A DNA stretch of 64,000 nucleotides from a virus (Duplodnaviria; Caudoviricetes), in IMG/VR virus record IMGVR_UViG_2933348407_000001, positions 1 to 64,000 of that record, one strand, 5' to 3'. The translations under genes and the position numbers were made by a program. Of this stretch, positions 59,801 through 64,000 are shown piece by piece. The notes under the pieces are model-generated. The model had not been told where the DNA came from, did no database searches, and saw only the letters and a program-made list of their open reading frames with translations. Numbering within the stretch: the stretch's first letter is position 1; the number at the start of each line of letters is the position of its first letter.

Positions 59801-62800
59801 AAGAACAAGGACGACCGCGAGAAGATCGCCAAGGGGCGGCGCGAGGAACGCGAGCCGCTGCAGGCCGCCGTCGACGAGGCCGTCGCGAACCTGCACCGCT
59901 GGGACGAAGAGAACCCGGCACCCGAACAGGACGACACGGTCCGCCTCTCCGAAGACGAGGTGCGCGAAGCCCTCGCCCGCCTCACCCCGGAGCCCAGCAC
60001 CCCCCCGAAGCCGGGCGCCCCGGAGACCAACAACCGCAGTTCCGCGGATGCCGACACCGACGTCGACGAGCCGAACCCTGACGAGACGGAGGCACCTGAC
60101 ACCACCGGATCAGGCAGCAGCGACGAGCCGCCGGCCGCCGTACCGGCCGAGGGTGACACCGACGCCCAGAACGACGGCCAGGACCAGGACGACGTCGTTC
60201 GCCTCTCCGAGGAAGAGGTGAACGACACCCTCGCCAGCATCCAGCCGGACGCCGACACGACCGGAGGCGACGAGCCGGACGAGCCGCTGCGGTACGCGTG
60301 GGACAAGCCCGAGGACTTCGTCACCCTGACCATGCCGGCTGCACTCGCCGACTTCCTCAACGTCGACGAGACCGCCGCCATGGAGGACCCCGACACCCGA
60401 AAGGCCCTCAAGGAGGCCAAGCCCGGCCGCCGCGGCACACTCCAGGTGACCGGCCCGATCGAGGTACACCGCGCCCTCCTCCAGTGGGCATGGACGCTCG
60501 AGGGCGGCGAAGGACTGGAGTCCGACCCCAGCGATGTCCGGGCCTACAAGGCGTACGCCAAGCGCATCGACGAGGCCGACGCAGACCTGCAGCGCCGTCG
60601 CGCCGAGCGGGAGGCCGCGGCCTCCGCGGACACCGACGAGAACAACACCCCGGACACGGACAACACGAACGACGGCGGCAGCGACGCGCCGCCGGCCGAC
60701 GCCCCCAGCACGGCTGAGCCGGACGGCGAGGACGACCAGGACCAGAGCACCGACGACGACACGGAGGCCAGTGACACCGTCACCCTGACTCCGGATGAGG
60801 TGTCCGACCAGCTCGACGCTGTACGCCCCGAGGGGTCCAAGGCTCCGTCCTCGATGGACGATGGCGAGATCCGCGACGAGATCGTCGACCTGATGGGCCG
60901 TGAGATGGCGGATGAGCTGTCCGGCGCGGACCGTACCCGCCTGCAGGTCCTGGAGGCGGAGGAGGCCCGCCGTGCCGGCCGGGCCCCGAAGCCGGAGCCC
61001 AAGCCGAAGCGGACGACCGAGGAGCCCGGGGGACTCTTCGACGTCGACCAGCCCACCACCCAGCAGCCGAGCAGCGCCGCCGATGTCGACAACCCTGAGG
61101 ACCAGCCCGACGACCTCTTCGGCACGCCGGACATGATCGCCGACGCCGAGGGCCGCAGCACCGAGGGCCTGCGCCCGGCGCGCATGCGCAACGCCGCCGA
61201 CTTGGAGCAGGGCGACCGGTACACCGACGCAGACGGCCGCACGCACACCGTGTCCGAACCGCCGGTCAAGACGCCTCGTGGCCGGACTCGCATCGTCACC
61301 GACGACGGCGAGGAGCGCTTCTACAACGCCGACGCCCAGGTGCGCCTGCGCTACCCGGACGAGGAGATCCCCGACAACGAGACCGACGAGCGGTCCGCCG
61401 ACGACGATGCGGACAACGTCCCGGCCGTCGACGAACCGGAGACCTCCGAGCCGGACGTCGACGGGACTCCCGCCGACGAGCCGGAGTTCACCCCCGACAG
61501 CTACCGCAGCAGCGCCAAGGACCGCGCCGACCGCATGACCGGCCTCATCGACCAGGCCACCGACGGGGCAGGCGGTGACGAGCTGCCCGAGGTCAGCGAG
61601 GTCCGTGATGCGTTGGGCAGGGCCGAGGACTCCGACGACCCGGACGCCGAGCTGCGTTCCGCCGCCGACCGGCTCGACGACCTCGCAGAGATGTATGAGC
61701 TGGGAGGCCCCGACGGAGAGCGCGCCGCAGACCTGTTCCGGCAGGCCGCCCGCATCGCGAGGGGTGAGGACGAGGACGATCGCCGCGGCGACGACGACCG
61801 CAACGAGGACGACAGCGAAGCCCCCGACGCTACGAACCAGGACTCCGAGGAGGACCAGGACGACGACGAGGAACGCCAGCAGCGTCGGAATGGGGACGCG
61901 GACAGCGACGCCGCCGACCCGGACGGTGCCCCCGACGGAGGCGGCGCTGGCACCCCGGCCGCTCCCACCGACGAGGAGGACGAGGACGGCAGCCCCGACG
62001 ATGTGCCCGACAACTCCGACGACGAGCAGGACGAGCCGGAGGCCGAGGAAGACGACGAGCAGGACGACCGTCGCCGACGTCGCCGTCGGCGTCGCCGCAA
62101 CGGCGGTGGCGGCAGCGGCGGCCCCAGCGGGCCCGGCCTGCCGCACCTGAACCTGCCCGACCTCAACACGCCGGACACCGGAGGCGCCGACGGCAACGGG
62201 GATGGCGGAGACGGCCGCGGTACGCGCGACCGCGGGCGGACCCCTGTACGGCACAGCGACGTCAATTCGCTGCGCCGCGCCTGGAAGAACGGCGATGGGC
62301 TCACTCCTGCCGAGGACACTCCGCAGCGGCGCGAGGCCCTGGCACAGGCGGCCGACCGGGACGGCTTGGCTCTGTCTCCGGGCGGGGGCCTGGTGACGTG
62401 GCCCGAACAGCAGGAAGACGGCACCACCCTGTGGCGCTTCGCCCAGGCACGCAACGGCGCCAACCTGACCGGACTGTCCCTGACCACCGAAGACCCCGAA
62501 GAGGCCCGCGCGCTCGCAGGCCGCTTCGAGGAGATCACCGGTCGCGACGGGCAGCCCTTCGACTGGCAGCAGGCGTGGGGCCCGAGCACCGTCGGGCAGT
62601 GGCGCGACGGGGAGGGCCGCAACCTGCAGCGGGCGCTCCAGGCCGTCCTCGACGACTTCGAGCAGCAGCGGGACGCCTCCGCCCAGCCGGAGCCGACGCC
62701 AGAACGGAGGGCGCTGCCAGACGACCTCACCGGCCTCGACGACGACGAGCTGGTCGACGCGTGGAGCAACGACCTCAGCGACGAGGACCAGAAGCGCCTC

Positions 62801-64000
62801 ATGGCGGAGATGGACCGCCGCGACGGCTACACGGACCAGCGCGTTCGTGACGTGCTGCCGGACACCCCGCCAGCCGACGCCGAAGAGGCCGAGCGCCGCG
62901 CAAAGGCCGTCGACGAGGCCCTCGGCTTCGCAGGCGCCGACGTTCCGCGCGTGCGTCGCACCCGTGAGGACATCATCCGTGCGGAGTTCGCCGACTTCGA
63001 CGAGGCCCGCTACCAGGCCGCCATTGCCGCCACGAACGGCTACTTCTACGCCCGGAAGTACAAGTACGGCAGCGGCATCAACGAACGAGAGCTGTTCTCC
63101 GGCGGTGAACTCGCCAAGTTCGGCCGCTGGGAGGAGTACGCCAGCGAGGAACTGAAGGACTGGTACAAGGCCAACGGCGGCCGCATCACGTACAACCAGT
63201 TCCGGCAGACCTACCGGGACAACGACCGCCGAGACCGGCAGCAGTTCGAGGAGGAGCAGCGCCGCCAGGCGGAAGCCGGGCAGACCACGGAGCCCACCAC
63301 CCCGGAGACGGAGCCGTACGACCCGGTCACGCCGCGCTTCGCGGATGAGGCGGCCCTTCGGGATCACATCCGCAGCGGGCAGCTCGACGAGGTGCCCGAA
63401 GACCAGCGTGGAGACGTGCCCTCAGCCGAGGAACGCGCGCAGATCGCCGATGCCGAAAGCACCCAGCTCTCCGACGGCGGCCGACTGCTCATCTACGGCA
63501 ACGAGGCCGGTCGCACCGGCAGCCGCAGCGGGCAGCGGTTCGACGTGGCCCTTCCGGGCAGCATGCAGCCCCTGTTCCGCAGCGGCTTCCACAGCGCCGA
63601 GAAGGCCCGCCAGTACGCCAGCGTCCTCGAGGGCATCAAGGACGCGGACGGCAACCCGTTCCCGTGGGACGCCCCCGACGTCGCCGAGCGCGCCCGCGCG
63701 TTCCGGACCGCCGACGGCAACCGGCTGTTCGACGAGATCACGGAACGCCTGTACGGCTTCAACGACCTCTACGAGCAGTGGAACAGCGACCGCGGCCAGG
63801 CATTGCACCACCGGACGTGGAGCCAGCAGGAAGCCGACTGGAACACCCGCGAGGAGGAAGCCGGCTACTCGATTCCCGTCGACCTGACGGACATTCGCCC
63901 GGGTGACGAAATCAGCTTCCCCGTGGCCACGAGCCGCGGACAGAACACGCGGCCGCAGGACGAGTACGTGGGAACCGTGCACGCTACGGTGACCGGCGAG
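50813..64000 (+). CDS. Giant polyvalent protein (at least 4,396 aa, 3' partial) with DarB-like N6-adenine MTase + SNF2 helicase core
   Basis: Same frame at start, middle and end with no terminated ORF listed in it; WNPALHPRDSKGRF; ANVEAIRVLKKLEAENRPAT..RWSGWG; LEAGSGAG; GNVPF; HEVGLGKT; DEAH; TGTP; QRNGR; alternative start 50801. Confidence 0.9.
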   Translation, partial: MLNRPTAQAESQDLSRDLEVKVTRRPWNPALHPRDSKGRFIETGGVVRTWGGKLARVIRALPHDRILVQDQTGPNEFNGRRHTTSAKWVSMVARPDGSAPTDDEEKVAEEDERRTQDPRRGNGVARDDDGDPDTPNEPHDQDDKGRPIGDDDGDGPDNDDDQDEPEDGAHPVNVDALPNRQHAAGARHKDTAAVRRHFTQLAEQPGTSPDMATFLLSVAHDDDLQTAPSGRLAILRDERNGRFYLTATGTGQRVDAAGDFDTAQDAERFAEHLDKTAVNGQLTKFQQPFDFSDPQLDREARDWRTTRGENIQGAIQRARTEFAGTPAPTATPKTSADNRTDGSGQRFSTLQAARAHWQQRLGQINDLGPDSLREQRAARHLEGLISNDRIKLVGRGQFVVGQDQNGEWYLVATGNGLPLRRRWTSQRGAQAFAESFAENPPMGDDGKPLDLSDPNVRIATWRSEDNRSISEVIDAAAEKFQRENAAGEPPAVTPAPAAVPETPAAPQAPETPEEPQAPALPGNAEPVEGVDGYHYVNDGGSITLYGPDGQVAATSERGYPPQAKIDGVTVPVPQYPKQGAAVMARLHRAAKNPDQRDRITAAWVMKPGKDGKPAKRVMVFRGTIKGDDRDYDAVGSTRAIKWAPSLRAYSTQSNMTEATRDERISEVLSNLARQGRNVHVTDETAAGAPGAPANAVDETEALRKAIANADDARLSQMKYERWGTINRTRSEANRRRLNSEVEMIDDELKRRRKERDEAAARDATSLSDDDIANRIRESQEERGTYGVRKGQEANDVERAIYSERRRRSQALVDDDTDLTTAAEDDLAKARETVAERVRMHQAAGDDPEAERTMRQALQNRHDVIVGEQQRRHAQQIADRPPVVDLTDEELSQEYNDLLRRDFRKAPPEAQQVLEGRMEDVKRERRDREKRAITDRDAPENLSDEDLKEEYTELRRTRSSYTGTDDVKAARKERMAALEAEQNRRDTTPETEQLLARVDNPDANGMISIDGRSGYGYVDYRDQTHGYAGRQLGWTWGKQRHSHGDTAYPSRAAALAAMVQAYDNDPDTRGERTWGTKRRVFVPKMFVELYQNERLRDRLADASEERQFLYSLFRDRYGWDDGVNPLVPSNKKGHNIKGRNLWVPEGLLAELNRVTEELSRDMSVRATDRDADSSDRQKAKTRLASINVALHGIEAQRESVRKNGGDDDRKVISREEIEAQQAALRAALGGDDDEHVQSDGPGSLEDVPAQGVGGDDRSGGVRRDEGQGDRDSDSEGRGGSGADSSGADGVRGAGRPAQADQGGRNSDGPGGASAGAGARGGEGAGADANGEAPAGDQGPDVRRVARFRPDPANAPKGARARATANVEAIRVLKKLEAENRPATDEERRILARWSGWGSVPILFANEPNEKEPRYQQGGTRYGKFAKDHERWSEYSDVRSELQRVLTPVEFRQASRGVLSMHYTPQPIAEAMWEGLRAFGFDRGDVLEAGSGAGTFFGVAPNGARLTGVELDPTTARIAQAIYPHANVLNESFAETDVGPGTFDAAIGNVPFARVPFDDKRYPAESLHNGFVTKEIALVRPGGITAVITSRQTLDSKGDRARRQMAKYGDLVGAVRLPSGVFTDAGTGVTTDVLVFRRREDGTEPADPSWLDAPERDINGTAHHINAYFDEHPEHILGTLTTQSGPYGPEVTVKGDPAKAAEQLRAALDDIAAKAKADGRGYEPHPDGDNRPPVQLQTAREKHANDWTGRLYEGDDGQFYQHVNGAEPVLLEPADGNTAQLRALMQLRDVAAELRELDRKNDEEERAEALRAQLRDLHADYVAEYGPLSKPGQHRTKGGRPTAWGYFRADPDAAAVLALERWDASKGEPALSRVFTERAAARRQPLSSTNDPKAALAAVVAAKGEVDLGEIARLLDVTPQEAVKRLGNEVFTDPETGGLELAGAYLSGAVRDKLDAARKAAERDPGYAVNVAALEAVQPPDRTIGQFTPEMGAHWTPPELLQGFLREYLGDRTLRVAHDDRYGWVLNTGRVPEANNVMYGVPAVEPDPDKGIKGNKGKNAVEIARAILGFGSLTVYEDDKRKEVDEATSRLIRQKADQMRAEFAKYATANAERLSVLTDSYNRIMNGHIVRSYEGMSPTLEGFTPDRNPHAWQLAGAARMQFERGVILAHEVGLGKTSTLVMGTQALKASGQIEKPMAVVPNHVSKQFYDEARLLYPNADIHLITSADLAGDRRGSTLEWLRANKPDLVIFTEEAFGSIKMSPEAQDDYEFRELEALREQLDRQYEDADNPNHPFIVAKIEQRIATVSKNINKNAAPMRRPGETYWDDLGFDYFVVDEAHRYKGVGFRSKEGGGDPASIRGVDLHQKTTDLHRRRQGRATITLATGTPLSNSISEQFTMLMFAAPWVLDAYKAGAPDLWANTFGRKTLRIENAPDGSGLRVVERFSEFHNKRAMKTMWGLVADTKRGDDVGIPRPKLKGGKPNLIMVDATPDQKKRLKGLVARGRAIHNGEVDRHQDNMLAVSNEGTSVALDPRLIDAKAPAGNKLKAVADRHIERYFQHKDRIYPVTRDSLVDHPVPGALQMIFLNEGVPGGKNKGNFDAYAELKRLMVAGGIPAHKIAFVQDAKKSGKPEDMTELFRKAREGEIAVLIGSSAVAGTGMNAQDRMISLSHVDLDWGAAQMEQRNGRILRYGNLNPEVEIDIYATKGSMDGWKAGFVAAKAEGLVDIQRPEPEDGDSSDVVQEIDGAEFDYETMEAEIGGNPFMSQLMKAKRRLKDLEIDQHNEAAERIRRAEALDALRQEAQATRDGIQRREQALPRIQEADDRFRMTIGGSPYGERSDAGKALHRQITSRLLEHNREGLSDWHVLGQFRGLDFGVRTEKTADGKLVAHVGFPDLRHSDFERTVEDLQKKGAGAGMITRLGNALDKAPALQESDQAKVPELDEQIALLQSAHAAADLTPQIDHARKRSNLLEEIVARVTNLDAKPEIDPDELDKERYKNKDDREKIAKGRREEREPLQAAVDEAVANLHRWDEENPAPEQDDTVRLSEDEVREALARLTPEPSTPPKPGAPETNNRSSADADTDVDEPNPDETEAPDTTGSGSSDEPPAAVPAEGDTDAQNDGQDQDDVVRLSEEEVNDTLASIQPDADTTGGDEPDEPLRYAWDKPEDFVTLTMPAALADFLNVDETAAMEDPDTRKALKEAKPGRRGTLQVTGPIEVHRALLQWAWTLEGGEGLESDPSDVRAYKAYAKRIDEADADLQRRRAEREAAASADTDENNTPDTDNTNDGGSDAPPADAPSTAEPDGEDDQDQSTDDDTEASDTVTLTPDEVSDQLDAVRPEGSKAPSSMDDGEIRDEIVDLMGREMADELSGADRTRLQVLEAEEARRAGRAPKPEPKPKRTTEEPGGLFDVDQPTTQQPSSAADVDNPEDQPDDLFGTPDMIADAEGRSTEGLRPARMRNAADLEQGDRYTDADGRTHTVSEPPVKTPRGRTRIVTDDGEERFYNADAQVRLRYPDEEIPDNETDERSADDDADNVPAVDEPETSEPDVDGTPADEPEFTPDSYRSSAKDRADRMTGLIDQATDGAGGDELPEVSEVRDALGRAEDSDDPDAELRSAADRLDDLAEMYELGGPDGERAADLFRQAARIARGEDEDDRRGDDDRNEDDSEAPDATNQDSEEDQDDDEERQQRRNGDADSDAADPDGAPDGGGAGTPAAPTDEEDEDGSPDDVPDNSDDEQDEPEAEEDDEQDDRRRRRRRRRRNGGGGSGGPSGPGLPHLNLPDLNTPDTGGADGNGDGGDGRGTRDRGRTPVRHSDVNSLRRAWKNGDGLTPAEDTPQRREALAQAADRDGLALSPGGGLVTWPEQQEDGTTLWRFAQARNGANLTGLSLTTEDPEEARALAGRFEEITGRDGQPFDWQQAWGPSTVGQWRDGEGRNLQRALQAVLDDFEQQRDASAQPEPTPERRALPDDLTGLDDDELVDAWSNDLSDEDQKRLMAEMDRRDGYTDQRVRDVLPDTPPADAEEAERRAKAVDEALGFAGADVPRVRRTREDIIRAEFADFDEARYQAAIAATNGYFYARKYKYGSGINERELFSGGELAKFGRWEEYASEELKDWYKANGGRITYNQFRQTYRDNDRRDRQQFEEEQRRQAEAGQTTEPTTPETEPYDPVTPRFADEAALRDHIRSGQLDEVPEDQRGDVPSAEERAQIADAESTQLSDGGRLLIYGNEAGRTGSRSGQRFDVALPGSMQPLFRSGFHSAEKARQYASVLEGIKDADGNPFPWDAPDVAERARAFRTADGNRLFDEITERLYGFNDLYEQWNSDRGQALHHRTWSQQEADWNTREEEAGYSIPVDLTDIRPGDEISFPVATSRGQNTRPQDEYVGTVHATVTGE
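54504..54842 (+). CDS. Nested TnpV-like protein (112 aa) in a different frame inside the giant ORF
   Basis: GGAGG RBS + ATG; GC3 bias switches to this frame; HWRTYLPKEWAAMTDPEAF..EYEEQVGRHKQIRADATAMVLAELL. Confidence 0.75.
   Translation: MTNMFSPMVRDHWRTYLPKEWAAMTDPEAFVETKAREIETQILKAEEALEQTVPEPTEYEEQVGRHKQIRADATAMVLAELLPEPEPGAEKAPEQTPMEKHLQEIRDLMYDA

Noticed and set aside
52433-63367. Long minus-strand ORFs (592, 745, 941, 1085 aa)
   Set aside because: Antisense shadows of the giant + strand ORF; V/L/G-rich with no recognisable domains
50890-63906. Other + strand alternative-frame ORFs within the giant gene
   Set aside because: R/P/T/S-rich frame-shadow composition with no GC3 switch, unlike 54504-54842

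Overview
High-GC, Streptomyces-like DNA that reads as part of one large mobile element combining phage and plasmid functions. Phage head/packaging genes: HNH nuclease, large terminase (15658-17454), and a portal fused to a MuF-like domain (48001-50463). An unbroken ORF of at least 4,396 codons (50813 to the window end, missing from the supplied ORF track because it has no stop) carries a DarB-like N6-adenine methylase + SNF2 helicase core and four copies of a ~135-aa repeat domain. Plasmid-type functions: TraB-like FtsK/SpoIIIE translocase, Spd-like membrane protein, Cre-like tyrosine recombinase. Cargo: C5 and beta-class DNA methyltransferases, a Type ISP restriction-modification enzyme, putative defence genes (metallophosphoesterase, HEPN-like, DUF5677-like), and a ~13 kb regulator/enzyme cluster (XRE-TPR, GNAT, GGCT, two EEP enzymes, TauD-like oxygenase, GT2, GT4, nucleotide-sugar dehydrogenase, possible ART-fold protein). 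Best new observations: (1) a complete TnpV-like gene nested in another frame inside the giant ORF; (2) a five-copy promoter-like motif CGCGAC-N19-CAYNNT before the packaging/virion genes; (3) a four-copy hairpin+RBS leader with compensatory changes; (4) a four-copy ECF-type promoter; (5) a duplicated structured intergenic element; (6) lox-like inverted repeats. No capsid/tail genes, tRNA, rRNA or CRISPR array were recognised. All family calls come from motif reading by eye, not database searches.
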